In this document: in pieces, positions 27,501-42,900 of the stretch
Numbering within the stretch: position 1 is the stretch's first letter
Layout: every line of letters starts with the position of its first letter
Assembly (NCBI RefSeq): GCF_002113885.1
Contig: NW_018407994.1
Coordinates: 274,690 to 338,689 of the forward strand
DNA from: Mizuhopecten yessoensis
Lineage: Eukaryota
Length of the DNA: 64,000 bases
Reading direction: 5' to 3'
Translations under genes and position numbers: made by a program
Notes under the pieces: model-generated
Told to the model about the DNA's origin: nothing
The model's input: only the letters and a program-made list of their open reading frames with translations
Database searches by the model: none

Positions 27501-30500
27501 ACTGAGTCATTGGTTGTCAGAATTCCTACATTTGTTCTAAAACAAGCACTCCTCTCATTTATAATAATAGTTGGTATCATTTCTTTAAGATTTAGAAACT
27601 CATACTTATGTTATTTGAGTTAGAGTGACTTCCATTAAGGATCTATGCTACCTTACCTTACGCTATGCTACCTTTTTCCCGTGATTTGTGTTAGAGTCAT
27701 CTGCCATTAAAATATATACCTTAGACATTATACATAGACTGGCTATAGCTACCATCCCCCAAGTTTTTATGAAGAATTTCTCAGCTGCATTTTACTACTA
27801 GCTTATCTCCCCCTAGTTTAGAACTTAGGGTCTGGTCAAATCTGGAAAAGCACTCCCCGTAATAGTGGAGAGTGCAGAAAGGTCAAGAAAATATAGCATT
27901 ACTGAGATCATTCTGATTCTAGAATCAGACATCAAAGTGATCAAAAAGTTTTGAGTTAAACTTTTTTCTAAATAATTAAATATTCTAGAGATGGTGGCCA
28001 GTCTACATTATACACTGCGACTCCAATTTGTGTTAGAGTGACTTCCCTTAAGGATATATGCTACCTCACACATTATTCCTGTAATTTGTGTTAAGAGTGA
28101 CTTCCTTTAAGGATATATGCTACCTTACACATTATTCCTGAGATTTGTGTTAGAGTGACTTCCCTTAAGGATATATGCTACCTCACACATTATTCCTGTA
28201 ATTTGTGTTAAGAGTGGCTTCCCTTAAGGATATATGCTACCTTAAACATTATTCCTGAGATTTGTGTTAGAGTGACTTCCCTTAAGGATATATGCTACTT
28301 TACACATTATTCCTGTAATTTGTGTTAAGAGTGACTTCCCTTAAGGATATATGCTACCTTACACATTATTCCTGAGATTTGTGTTAGAGTGACTTCCCTT
28401 AAGGATATATGCTACCTCACGCATTATTCCTGTAACTTGTGTTAAGAGTCATCTCCTATTAAAATATAAACGTTAGACATTATACACTGCGACTCCAATT
28501 TGTGTTAGAGTGACTTCCCTTAAGGATATATGCTACCTCACGCATTATTCCTGTGGTTTGTGTTAAGAGTCATACCATTACAATATATACCTTAGACATT
28601 ATACATTATTCCTGTGGTTTGTGTTAGTCTAGCATCCCTTATATATGTGCCACCTTTAACCTTCTTCTCTTGATTCATTTATCATCATCACCATAAAGTT
28701 AAATTGGTATTATCTAACAATTTATAATCAACACTGTCTAAAACTGTATAATAAGCCTTATCTAATCAGTTTAATAACCACCTGTTATCAAGGCATGCAC
28801 CTTTAACTGTGTCATCAACCAATCAACCCAGCCGTGTAATTACCATTTGTAAAAGATTTATAATGAGAGTTCCTCAACTGTAGTTGGCTGTAGAAGTTGG
28901 GGACATTTGATTCCGATTTCTGTTTCCTTTTATAGTCTATGCTCCTGATGAGTATGTCCCATAATCTGATCACAAACTTCGGGAAAAAATCCTCAGCTAA
29001 CTGCAAGAGTTTGATTCTTTCCAAAAACACCCAGCAAACTCAGACTTTCCCAAGAACATAATTTAACCCTGTTTCCCTACTTTTCCCGAAGGGGTGAAAT
29101 GTGGCATTTCAAATTTGAGTCTTTAATGATTTAAGTCGGCAGGTTTATCGATCCCTATTTCCTCGGCTAGCCATGAGACAAAGAACAAGACAACATGACA
29201 CACCATACCACCATTGATACGGAAGGCCGTCTGTTTTGTGGTTTTTACCTAAATATTATTTCTGGTGCAATAAATTTACGCTAGAATCAGCTTTGCTGGT
29301 GATGTAAAGGCCACTGGCATTGATTATCGAAGTCTTGAGTCATAATCCCACACAATATTGTGGTATGTACTGTTCCCTACATCACAATAGATGACAGAGG
29401 TGTCTGCTCAATCAATATTGGTTTAAAGATCCACAAAATTGTGAATGTTTATATCTACTCAATATAAACAAAGTTTGTGAATGAAAAGTAATCTGCTCAA
29501 TAGATGAGCAAACACAATGCACCCATTCACCCCTAAAGTCACAGTTCAACCTAACCAAATCAATGAATGGGCAAGTCCAGTTTAAATATGTAGGGGTCAA
29601 TGAGTTTATTATGAGTGTCTGTTCAGTGAAAGTGTACATAGTGGGGTTTTCTGTTCGATTCATTGTAGACAAGAGCTGTCTTAACCCATCTTCACCTGAA
29701 GACACATTTGAACTCTTCTGATTCAAAGGTTTGAATAGTCCATAATGAAATTTCAGGGGTGAATGAGTGAATATATTGGAAAACTGGTACATTTGTATAT
29801 CACAATACACAGGCATATCATATCACAATACAGAAAGAGAATACTGCTGTATCACAATATTTTTCACAAACTTATGTTTATGTTTAACATTGTACTTGTC
29901 AAGCAGCAAAATCTCATCCCAGTATCAATTAAAGTAGCGAGTTCCAGTTCTGTGTTGTACCTCCAATGAGAAGAGTTCCAATTGATCTGCTTTTTATCAT
30001 TCATGATATTTGTTACATTAACACTTTTTAGAGGCACAACTGAGACTGATTTCAAAACGTTTTAAATCCCTTAAAATGCCTGCAACTTAAAATTTTCTTT
30101 GTATAAAGTTACACACAAGTTAAACAGGAATGTATACGGTAATACTTATCAAATACTTATCACATTAGATATATAAGATTCTGTAGAATGAAAAAATGAT
30201 TTGTATGGGAAGAAACAGCTGTGACTCGAGGTTTATTGAAATTTACATTATGTTATGACATTTATGATATATATTGTAAGGTTAAAGTTTTTTCTTGTGT
30301 TAGAAAGTTTCTTCAGTATTGTTGACTCATTTACCCCTGAAAATACATTTGATTTCTTCCAATTCAAAGGTTGGAATATAGTGCATCATGAAACTTCAGG
30401 GGTGAATGAGTATGAATAAATTCACAACTACACTAATTTTTCTGGCTGTGAAAACTATTTATGATTTTCTCATGTGTCACTATAGCCTCTTATAACATTA

Positions 30501-33500
30501 TTACTTACAAGTCACCAGGTTTTAACATTCATAAATCACTTGTAAGTAGAACCGACTACTCCACAACCAGACATAACAATAAATCGCACATCTTGTATTC
30601 CCCCCCAGTCCCTATCTGTCTTTGGTAAAGAAAACCTAACGCCACAGGTCAAACTACACCAGCACAGCCTGTATATTACTTCATCACAAGTTACACTATT
30701 ATGACCTGACCTTGATCGCCTGTGTTACCCAGAGATGATAGGCAAGATTAACTCATCAGATGTTTATGCACCCATATATTAATGTTATCGAGTGAAGGAA
30801 ATCACTTCCTGTTCTCACTACATGTAGTATTGGATATACACGATTTCTCTTCTCTCATGTTAATATTTCACCCTTTTATAATTATCAACCGTGCGGCAGT
30901 TTTTCTAAAAAAAATATAATTTCAGATTTCTTTTAAAGAAATTTATGGAAAAATTTCCACTGCTAAGTGATGAATCTTGCAAAGTAAACAACAAGCCAGT
31001 AAAAATGTCAACAACAACAACAAGAATCATCTTAATATGCATATTTTCTAGACAGTAATTACTCATGAAAGGCGCTACATGAATCTTGTTCTATATTAAA
31101 TGCTTTCACTAGGCATCTAAAAGGCTGGGAGGCTAAACAGGTGCTTTTTCCTGCGAAGCCTTGTCTTTCGCAACAATTGGCATCACACACTAAGAACTAT
31201 ACAGATTCATATTGGAAAAGCTAGTGATGATAACAAAAATTATCTTAAAGGGTAACAGTGACCTTAATCTACGCAAGTCATACAAACTCTTTGATATGAA
31301 CAGAATGACCATGCAGTATCGCAAAACCCTTGATCTCCTCAAAACATTTATTGTAAATTAAGAGAGAACAAATTAATGCCTCTCTGTTGTAGAATTAACA
31401 TTATTTTAATAATAACCGACCAAAATTCATAGAAATTGTGACCTTGACCTGGCGAATAAAAGCAAGCCTTTTCTATAGAATTTTAAGGCTTAGCCTTAAT
31501 GTCAGGTGCAGATAGTCAAGTTGGTTGATACACAGATACACACAGTTTGTATGCTGACTATAGGAATGTTTACATTTCCTCTGCTGTCCGCTCTATTATA
31601 TAAATAAAAGTAACTTAATTGAAAATTGTTCAATCATGAATGTGTTTCAAGGAAAGTAAAAGTTGGTGCTCAATGACTATAAGCCCAGTATATAGTATTA
31701 GGATGATAATTAATACTGCAAAAACAGACGATATCTATATCAGTTGGTGCAGTTTGTAATATCAAACAATGATAACCTGTTCACCCCTAGGTAACTTAAG
31801 TAGACTCTACCATACATTCATCTGGAGGAGTCCATTATGGTCTACAGTGGTGAAAGCTTTAATTACTAATACCCATCACACCACCTTACAACTCTATTTA
31901 GACTACCTTATTTGCACCATTCACATAGAAAAAGAAATCTCACAGTTATCAACTTATCTGCATTCCAACTGATAATGTCAACAAAAGTTTATTGAAATAT
32001 GTACAACACTAAAGGAGGCTAAGGAGCGGTAGTCAGGACCTTTGTTAAGTAAAGGGGCATAACTCTGTGACAAAGTATCAAAATGAAAAATACACAGCAT
32101 ATATTTGTCAACCTTGTAATAATTATTGATAAGTATATAGGAGGTTTCAATGAAACACAAGCAAGCAGCACTCTAGAAATAGTCCTGGAGATAAAGTTGT
32201 GTCTACAAATATCCTGATTCCAGTATAACACCCTAACTTCACAGCAGAGTATTTAATACTATATATACATGAGCAAAGTATTTTAACCTATCAATCAATC
32301 AATTTAAACAGGAAACCTGTAAATGACATACCTCTTCAAAATGACCTTGATACAAAGGTTAAAAGTTCCCTTATCTATAGACAGTTGGACAGATGCACCA
32401 GGATGTTGACTCGCTTCCCTTTCCATCTGCCATTTCCTTTTCAGCATTGTCAGTGCAAACATCAATATATGAGCTTTCACAATGTGTATTAATACATCAT
32501 GGTCGGTGAATAAACTAACAGAGACAAATCAACGCTAACGACAGTCAGGCCTTAATTAACTAATGGCAAATTATAAAAGATAAACAGGTTCACAAACTCA
32601 CAGTGTAACTAGTAGGGACGTCACAGCTATAATCCCAGCAATGTCAGGCCTTAATTAACTAATGACAAATTATAAAAGATAGACAGGTTCACAAACTCAC
32701 AGTGTAACTAGTAGGGACGTCACAGCTATAATCCCAGCAATGTCTTCTTACACGATTTTTTTGTGAGTGATTTTTCCTGAGTGGTGTGAGATAGCCTAGC
32801 TACCCTTTGTACATCAGGATATGTCGATATGATACAAGTACATAATTAACAAGATAACACTATCTACGTTATCACTCTCCTAACACAAATCAATGTTAGG
32901 TACTACAGTTTGTATAGGTATTGTATACGTAGCTGTCACTACCTTTAACTTTCCAACCATTTTTAAAATAATTTACTCCAGAAATCTTTCAGGTCTAGTC
33001 ATTCGATCCTTGTGCAAATTTAAAAAAACCATTCTTTTTCAAGATGTAATTTAATTTTTTTAATTGTAATCCAAATTATTAAAAAATCGTTTCAATCCTT
33101 TATGCTGTCTCTCAGGATTGTTTCGTATTGTTGAATCCTGTAGTTTATGTAGCTTGTATCTATCAGAAATACTACAGGTATACATGTATTAAGCTAACAA
33201 GACTTTGAGTGAAAGTGACAACTATGACTCCCTATAACCTCTCAATACTAGTAACCTTATCATATCCTCAGGTGTTCCCCAATAACCCCTGTCACTCCTC
33301 CCGACAACAGTAGACCAGCTAAGATCAATGCCAAGGACAGTCCAGCGACTGTTGAGGGGGGTTTCCGAGGGCTTCATGAAACCCATGTTCTGCAGATTGT
33401 TGTCTGAAAGCTACCTAATTGACAAGATCATGAAACTGTTTCATGCTCGGAAATGTCCCCCTAACCTCGTCTGGTAACGCCCTCAGGTAAATACTGGGAT

Positions 33501-36500
33501 CTAGATCCGATAGTGTGGTCTTACGGTAAAAATCTTTATACATATCAATATCAATTTAAAAAGAAACAAAATGTTTATATTAACATAAATGACTGGACTT
33601 TTATGGATGGGATGTAGGAATGTTTATCTATTACAGCTTGCTATCAGTCTAGTTCAGCCAAGTAACTGGTACATTGTGTCACAGTTATTTTTAGCATCAC
33701 TCCTTAGATCTCTTCAAATATACACCACTCTTGTCATTTTTAAACTTTCATTTAATATTTTGCACAACAAAATTTACCTTTTGTATAATTCTTCAGAACT
33801 GATTATCCCCACAACCACTATAAGTTTCCCCACTCTTGACTCATTGGATAGACCTACAAGGAATCGGTTAACATTTTTGGTGGGTAAAACCCTTAACGTT
33901 ATTTTATTGGTCCATCTTTTAATTATGATGTGTCATGTAATATGCTTTTCGTTGTCATCTTTCATTGTGACGTCATGGAAACAGAAATAATATATTTCCA
34001 AGAGAAACATGATTTTCTAGATTTGAATGTTATAGGAAAGAGTTTTAGCCCCCTCAAAATTGTGATGGCTTGTTATCATGTTTATCATACTCTCATTAGT
34101 TTATTTTCAAATTGTAAAGACACTTGGCGAACGGAACCTTGTTTATTTTAAGAATTTGAAAATTAAATAACTCGATTAAGATAAACATGATAACCGAAAA
34201 TTCACTCCTTGGGGACCTCTAAATCAAGGAGAATATTAATATGAACTTTCACCCTTTTGGGGTGAAATGGTGAGACCTTGACTGGAGGGGACGAGTTATT
34301 AAGTTGCCAAACACGACCTTTGGAAATTAAAGCGTTTGTCAACTTTAGAATCTTCCCCCCAATGGTTCAGCCTCCCATCCCTCCCATGTCACATCTAAGA
34401 GAGGGAATAAGTCTGTTTTCTTACCCTGTTGGGTCCTATCATATGTTGACATTACAATAATGCATGGACATATAATTGTTATGACTTGGCGATTCCCTTG
34501 CCTAAACTCCAAGATGAAAACAAGTATATCTCACACCAGAAAATTGTGTATACAGCCTTCTAGGGTAAGAATATAAATATCCCAAAAAAGATTTTATCAA
34601 ATTTTCAAATCTTGAATAAATTTGAATAAAGATTTATGAACATAATTAAGATACAGACTGTGTCATTGATATAATGCCTTACACACCATGACACAGCATT
34701 CTATTCTTTAAAATCGCAGATAATAATAATAGACTTTTACCAATTTAAATTAAAAAGGGTTACTTTTCTAACTATAGAACATCTGGGCCCAGATACATTA
34801 CATGTCATAATGCCTAATCCTTTCATAGAGTGAAACTTAAAAGCTTTGTTGTTTTTTCCTTGTAAATGTCAAAGGAGAACGTTAAAAATCTTCAACAACC
34901 TCCATCTTAATGCCAGTTTGTTTTATAGTTTGTGTGGCTGTTGCACCCTGTAAGATCGTAATCGGAGCATGTGTTGATCGAACAATAGGTGATGATAGCT
35001 ACGTGCACTGTTGCACATGTGTGACACATCCTCGGCATATTCACTGTTCCTCAACAGTAGTTACCATCAATATTGTATAGAAAACCAAATTGGAGTAGAA
35101 AATATTCCCATTGAATAAACCTCCATGGGTTAATCTAGGAATTGTTTATAGCTAAGTTTATATTTCTGTGTTTTTGTCTCAGTATTTTATTTCCCACTTT
35201 ACCCAATTTGCTATTTATTCTCAGTAAAAGGAAGAGTTGGTTACAAAGTGTCTCAATAAACCTGATTTAACCCGAGCTGATAAAAAGGTGATACTATGAT
35301 GTGTAAATAAGTGGACTAAAACTTTAAACAGGGTTTACAGCTCAGCCTAATCTGGTGCACACAGCAATGATAATAATGTGTTTATTCTACTGTAAACAGA
35401 ATTCTTTAAATACATTGCCACACAAACACAGCTATAAAACCCATTTTCAAACAAGTGCTTGTTTTTGTCAATACTGTTAAATGTACATTTACCTATCCAA
35501 GGGAACTGAAAATGTGTCCTTTAAAGAGGGACAGACTTCATACTGAAGTTAAAACACAACAGGAACTGGAATAATAGTCCTTCTTAGACAGGTGATCTTT
35601 ATAAAGAGGTTCAAATTCAGTAAGAAATAAATTACTTTACGGTACAATACTGTAGGTGATTTTTATTAAGATTCAAATACAATATGAACTGGAATAACAG
35701 TCTTTTAAAGACAGGTTATCTTTATAAAGAGGTTCAAATTCGGTTAGAAATGAATAACTTCTTCAAAAGTAGGAGATTTTTATTAAGATTCAAATACAAC
35801 AGGAACTGTAATAAAAGTCCTTCTTAGACAGGTGATCTTTATAAAGAGGTTCAAATTCAGTAACAAATGAATTACTTCTTTAAAAGTGCAAGATTTTTAT
35901 TAAGATTCAAATACAACAGGAACAGGAATAAAAGTTCTTCTTAGACAGGTGATCTTTATAAAGAGGTTCAAATTCAGTAACAAATGAATTACTTCTTTAA
36001 AGGTGTGAGATTTTTATTAAGATTCAAATACAACAGGAACAGGAATAAAAGTTCTTCTTAGACAGGTGATCTTTATTAAGAGGTTCAAATTCAGTAAGAA
36101 ATGAATTACTTCTTTAAAAGTAGGAGATTTTTATTAAGATTCAAATACAACAGGAACTTGAATAACAGTCCTTTAAAAACAGGTGATCTTTACAAAGAGG
36201 TTCAAATAAATAGAAACTACAATAAGTTCATTCTGTAGAAAGATATCTATACAGTTTACAGAGGTTGAAATACAAAGGAAGGAATAACTCTAAAACTTCA
36301 ACTATACAATTAAGCCAGTCAAAGTTTTCTTTTTCTCACTCACAAATCTATTTTCATGTGATACAAAAATTTCACTGGGAATTGATCTATATATATATGA
36401 ACCCTTCAATTTCCATTCAAAAAGGATTTCATTGAAAAACAAACCGTATTATTGGAAATTGCTGCTATTACAAGTAACTTAACTCATTGACCCCTGAAAT

Positions 36501-36940
36501 TGCATAATGAACTATTCCAACCTTTGAATTGGAAGAGCTCAAATGTGTCTTTAGGGGTAAATGAGTTAAGTATTAAAAGCATTGTCTGCTCAGTAGTGGG
36601 TAACTTATACAACTACAAATAATGTCAATACACTAAATCATAATCTTTAGCGTTATCACTAATGGTACAAATGCTTTGTGGTGGAATAGGAACAAATCTA
36701 ACCCAGAAGGACAAATTCCCACAAACTCAGATGAATATGAACAGCTTATTGTATTTAGTGCGTACATTATATATAAAGTGGTCCAATTCACGGGTGAAAG
36801 CCATAACCGGTTTATAACTTTTTCCAAGAATTCACATTGAAACCTAAATGTAAATAAATCCTATACAATATACCTTTATCAATACAATCTACAATACACT
36901 CAGCCAGGTATATTTAGGCCTTAAAATTGACAAATACCGG

Positions 36941-36971
<31 letters not shown>

Positions 36972-39900
36972 TTGTATATGAAGACTGTACCAATTTACTT
37001 GATATTATCGATCTGAATATATAGCTATAGCAAGCTGAAAACTTGACCGTCCTACTCTATACATCAGTTACCTGATAAAACCTTTACTACATACATGATC
37101 ACACTGTTCCTGCTTCTGCATTCATTAGACACCTCATTTTACCATTTTAACTATGTATTTTTTTATTGAAATGTTCATGATAAATCAGTTACTACAAACT
37201 GTACAGTCCATAGATCAAACAAGCATGTCTGATCGGACAGATATTTGCTGGACAAAATTTTAAAAACAAAACATTTAAAAATTTGACACTGTATATAGGT
37301 CTTTCCTCTCATGCAACAGGCATTAAGGGCATTTCCCTCCATACTTTTATTTTTTCTTCAAGCTGTTGTAGTTCTATATGCAGCTTACTATAGCACACTG
37401 AGGTTTGTTAGCTTGAAGCTACATTTAAACTTCACCAAACAGACAGGCCGACACTGTAACGAATTAGGGAACACCAACGGGATACACCATTTTTATCCGA
37501 CACATTAATCTGTTCAGCAGGTTTCAAGAGACCACAATTACCCTGGTACTTATAGATCACTTAGTTCAAGTTTTGTCATTTTGTCACCTAACTGTACATG
37601 GAAGGGATATAATTTATTTGAGGAGTAAATTGATAAAATCACATGATTGTGAGAGTTTGTACAAAATTACATAGTTTTTAAACAAGAGGCCCAATGGGCC
37701 TGCATCGCTCACTTGGTATAAATCTCACACTTGTAACCTTAAAAGTGATTTAAAATAAAGCTACAGGCAAAATATCAGTATTTATGATTAAAATTCATTC
37801 AAAAGAGCCTGTAATTTTTTTTAAAACATTTCACCCCTGTGATTGAAAGTCGAACAAAGTCATAATGTTGAACAAATTTTATAGCCTTTCATCTCAGGAT
37901 GCAACTTGCAAAGTATCAACATCCTGGGACCCATGGTTATTCAGAAGAGGTCGTTTAAAGATTTTAAACAAATTTGACCCCTGTGACCTTGAATATAAGT
38001 CAAAGTCATTCACTTTAACAAACATAGTAGTCCTTGATCCCAGCATGCTACTGACTAAATATCAACATCCTGNNNNNNNNNNNNNNNNNNNNNNNNNNNN
38101 NNNNNNNNNNNNNNNNNNNNNNNNNNNNNNNNNNNNNNNNNNNNNNNNNNNNNNNNNNNNNNNNNNNNNNNNNNNNNNNNNNNNNNNNNNNNNNNNACAT
38201 ATTTGACCCCTGTGACCTTGAATATGGGTGAAGGTCATTCATTTGAACAAACTTTGTAGCCCTTCATCTCAGCATGCTACTGGCCAAATATCATCACCCT
38301 GGGCATTTTGGTTATTCAGAAGAAGTTGTTTAAAGGTTTTTTAAGACAATTGACCCCTGTGACCTTGAATATAATTGAAGGTCATTCATTTGAACAAACT
38401 TGGTAGCCCTTTACCCGAGCATGTTACTGGCCAAATATCATCTCCCTGGGCAGTTTGGTTATCGAGAAGAAGATGTTTAAAGTTTTTAACATATTTGACC
38501 TCTGTGACCTTGAAAATGGGTCAAGGTCATTCATTTTAACAAACTTTGTAGCCCTTCATCCGAGTTTGCTTCTGGCCAAATATCGACACCCTAGGCCTTT
38601 CGGTTATTAAGAAGAAGGCGTTTAAAGTAAAATATTGACGCCGGACGCAGGACGCCGGACGTCGCGCCACGGCATAAGCTCACTTGGCACTTCGTGCCAG
38701 GTGAGCTAATAAAAACTGACAGACATGGGGAAATGGAAAGATAAAATGGAAGAATGTAAACTCTTGAAGTCCTGGACTGGCCAAATCGAAACATTTTATA
38801 CTGGAAATGTGCTGTAAACACATTATATCATCATAAACATTGAAGGAGCAGAAATATGGAAGCATTTCAGCCTTGAGGGACAACATACTATTTTGCCATG
38901 TAAAGATCACACAGTGATACATAGCAAAATACCAAGTCAAAGGGATTTATAACTGAAAATACAAAACCATTCTCAGCTTTCATTAAACAGACACAAGGTC
39001 GCAAACATCCCTGTTATACTGTACGATTTGATTACTTTTGTCTGGAATGCCTACATAAATATTTTAAATTACGTTCAGGTTTTTTATTACCAATTTTTAG
39101 AGAACACATTCTCGTCTGTGCCAGGCTTTGACCATCAATGCACATATCAGAGAAACTAACTTAAATGCAAAAACTTCATGTTGATGGAGATGCTGACAAA
39201 GTGAATGCAGGCCGCATCCAGCATTTGATGCATGGGTTGAGATGTACTACCAAGATGCATCTGTGGTCCACGTTTGGTTGGTCTAGCACTTATACTTTCA
39301 GTGAAACTAACTTAAACACAAAAATTTAATGGTGACGCCGTCGTCGCCGGAAAAACAACACCTTAGTCTCGCTTCCACTTCATGACGGCAAGACAAAAAT
39401 AACAAGAAAATATTTTGAGACGAGGGAGATACAATCGCAGCACCACATGTCATTGGTCTTTATTCTACATGTTACTCGTCAATGCAATGATTTTGTCGTG
39501 CAATCACCATGCATATCTACACGTATAGACAAAACATCCGGCTATTGGTTACTACTCCAAGACAGGGTGTCAACTCCTCCTCCCCTTCTCAGCTAGAATT
39601 TACATAGCACTGTGCCAGAACCGGTACATGTACATACTATACTATACAATAACTTCCCATAAAGTTAAACACATATTGAATATTAATCCAATATGTCAAC
39701 AGGATCACAGTGTATACAACAGATCATCAGTTATAACACTGTATCTAGCTGTTATATAAATACCTGTTTACCTAAGTACACCCACAAACATAGAATAGTA
39801 CACACAGTACAGCAAAAGTTTTATTCAAATGTTTTTGAATGAAGCGAGATCCTGGATATCAAATTACTATAAACACCAGTAATGTGACAAGTTTTCCTTA

Positions 39901-42900
39901 CAAGTAAAGAGTTGTTTAAGAGAGCAGGTTTGAAAATCTCTCCCCTCCCTCCCATGTAGGCACTTAGATCATCTCCTCAATTGACAAAACGACAGTAAAA
40001 AGAAACACAAAACTATAAAAGATAATAGGATACTTATTTTACTCAGAGCGTTTACTTGTTCTTACACTTGCCAAATCTCCCTATCTTGGAGGGAGATTTG
40101 CCTTCACCTTCTATTTTACTTTGAAATAAACAGGTCCACTAAATCTTAACTTTTGCATGCACTGTTATGCTGTTTAATAAGGGGCATTGTAAGAAGTACC
40201 TTATAGAATTTACTGTAAATAACAGTTCACTTTAAAGAAATACTTTCAGAATGTTATTTAGAACGATAATGTGCCAAAAAACGTCTATAAAAATAAAATG
40301 CTCTTCATCTTCGGGTTATTTTGTGACCCCGACAGGTTCGGGGAAAATATAAGCCTGCTATATCCCACTGCATGTATCATAAGAGACAACAAACATAAAA
40401 ATAATAGTAAATAATAATTCAAGGTTCTTATGTACCGCTTTATCACAACCTAGTTCGTAGGTCGTCTCAAAGCGGTTAAGTTATTATCCCTGGTTATATG
40501 ACCTTTGCAACCAGCCAATATCTTTCTTAATTCCCTGGGGAGCATACAGCCGGAGCTGCCATTTCATTGCTCAAAGCTAGCATTCAACAATTCTAGCACT
40601 GCCCGACCTCGTACTCATTTACAGCCGAGTAGACTGGAATAAGCGGAGTAAAGTACAAAGCTCAAAGATACAACACAGTGCAGTGCCGTGACTCGAACCC
40701 ACAACCCTTCGGTCACGAGCTCGGCGTCCCACCACTAGACTACCGTGCCTCCAAACATACTGCTCCCTGTAGACACAGGGGTACCTGAACCCGCAACCCT
40801 TTGGTCACGAGCTCGGCGTCCCACCACTAGACTACCGTGCCTCCAAACATACTGCTCCCTGTAGAAGCAATGGTACTTGAACCTGCAACCCTTCGGTCAC
40901 AAGCCCCGTGTTCTACTACTGGACTACCGTGCCTCCAAACATACGGTTCTCTGTAGAAGCAAGGGTTTTCTTCTGTATTTTCACAGAAGAAACCAAAACT
41001 AATCTGTCGCACCACTTGAGCCTATTCATTCATTTCGACAGTATCTCCCTAGGTACTCGTCCTATTATTGAAGATATTCATATTCTTTCTTTTCGAAAGT
41101 ATCTCCCTAGGTACTCATCCTATTATTGAAAGTATTCATTCATTTCGGAAGTATCTCCCTAGGTACTCATCCTATTATTGAGCGTATTCGTTCATTTCGA
41201 CAGTATCTCCCTAGGTACTCATCCTATTATTGAGCGTATTCATTCATTTCGACAGTATCTCCCTAGGTACTCATCCTATTATTGAGCGTATTCATTCATT
41301 TCGGCAGTATCTCCCTAGGTACTCATCCTATTATTGAGCGTATTCATTCATTTCGACAGTATCTCCCTAGGTACTCGTCCTATTATTGAACGTATTCATT
41401 CATTTCAACAGTATCTCCCTAGGTACTCATCCTACTATTGAGCGTATTCATTCATTTCGACAGTATCTCCCTAGGTACTCACCCTATTATTGAAAGTATT
41501 CATTCATTTCAACAGTATCTCCCTAGGTACTCATCCTATTATTGAGCGTATTCGTTCATTTCGACAGTATCTCCCTAGGTACTCGTCCTATTATTGAACG
41601 TATTCATTCATTTCAACAGTATCTCCCTAGGTACTCATCCTATTATTGAACGTATTCTTTCTTTTCGGAAGTATCTCCCTAGGTACTCATCCTATTATTG
41701 AACCTTTTCTTTCTTTTTGGAAGTATCTCCCTAAGAACTCATCCTAATATGACCTTGAGATGTTGCAAGGACAACACAATTTATCTTCCACTGTGATAAT
41801 CACCAACATATTTCAAAGTTCTCTTTTATCTAATTCTTCAAAATTCCCCTCTATAATACATTTTTTTTTGCCACATTTGGTGCAAAAATATAACTTTAAT
41901 ACAGTCACTGGATCTACAGAAAGTAGCAAGAGACTGTCGATATAAACAGGTATTTTATGCATGTTTGGAAGCCTGTCTCTGAGATTCCCATAATGAATTT
42001 CAGAATTTGTTATCCATGGAATTTAATTGATTTTCCATGTACAGTTACAGAAAAGACATGGATTTTCCATGTCCATATTATATTTGATGTCTATAATATA
42101 TTTTCCATGTCCTTATTATATTCCATGTCCTTATTATATTCCATGTCCGTATTATATTCCATGTCCATATTATATTCAATGTCCTTATTATATTCCATGT
42201 CCTTATTATATTCCATGTCCTTATTATATTTTCCATGTCCATATTATTTTCCATGTCCATATTATATTTTCCATGTCCATATTATATTCCATGTCCATAT
42301 TTGACATGAAACGACATGGAAATACATGGACATATAGAAATACATGGAAACCGTGAATGGATTTCCATTGAAATGGGGACCTAGATATTTTTTTCATGAA
42401 AATGACATGGCAAAATATCTTAGCAAATTTATAACATGGAAATACATGGATATTCTATTGGAGAGTATCCAGTAGAATTGGGAGTAGCAACCTAAGATTT
42501 GCCAAAGGCTTTACTCCCAAATCATATAAACCTGGAGATGGAATCTTCTGACTTCCATATGCAAATGTATGAAAAAGTTTTTCTGTTATAAATATCTTTT
42601 TACGATACGTCATTAAAAGGAATATTAGATCTCAGGGCAGCAGTCAGGCTTAGACATGACATCATTTCATTGTAAAGCATGACATACTATTGTCTTACTT
42701 GTGATGTCACCAATACCATGACATGTCATGGAAGAGGGAGATTCCTTACACCCCTATATAATAATTCATATAACCAGATACATGTACGATAATTATCTAT
42801 CTTATGTACCAAATGATATCAGGAAAAATAAGTTCTTCATATAGATCAGATGTAAGGAGTCAGTATAGACAGATAAAAAAAAAAAAAAAATATCAAGTGG

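Noticed and set aside
41957-42356. (IPCPYY)n and (SMSLLY)n ORFs
   Set aside because: Translation of an 18-20-bp minisatellite with frame-breaking unit lengths.
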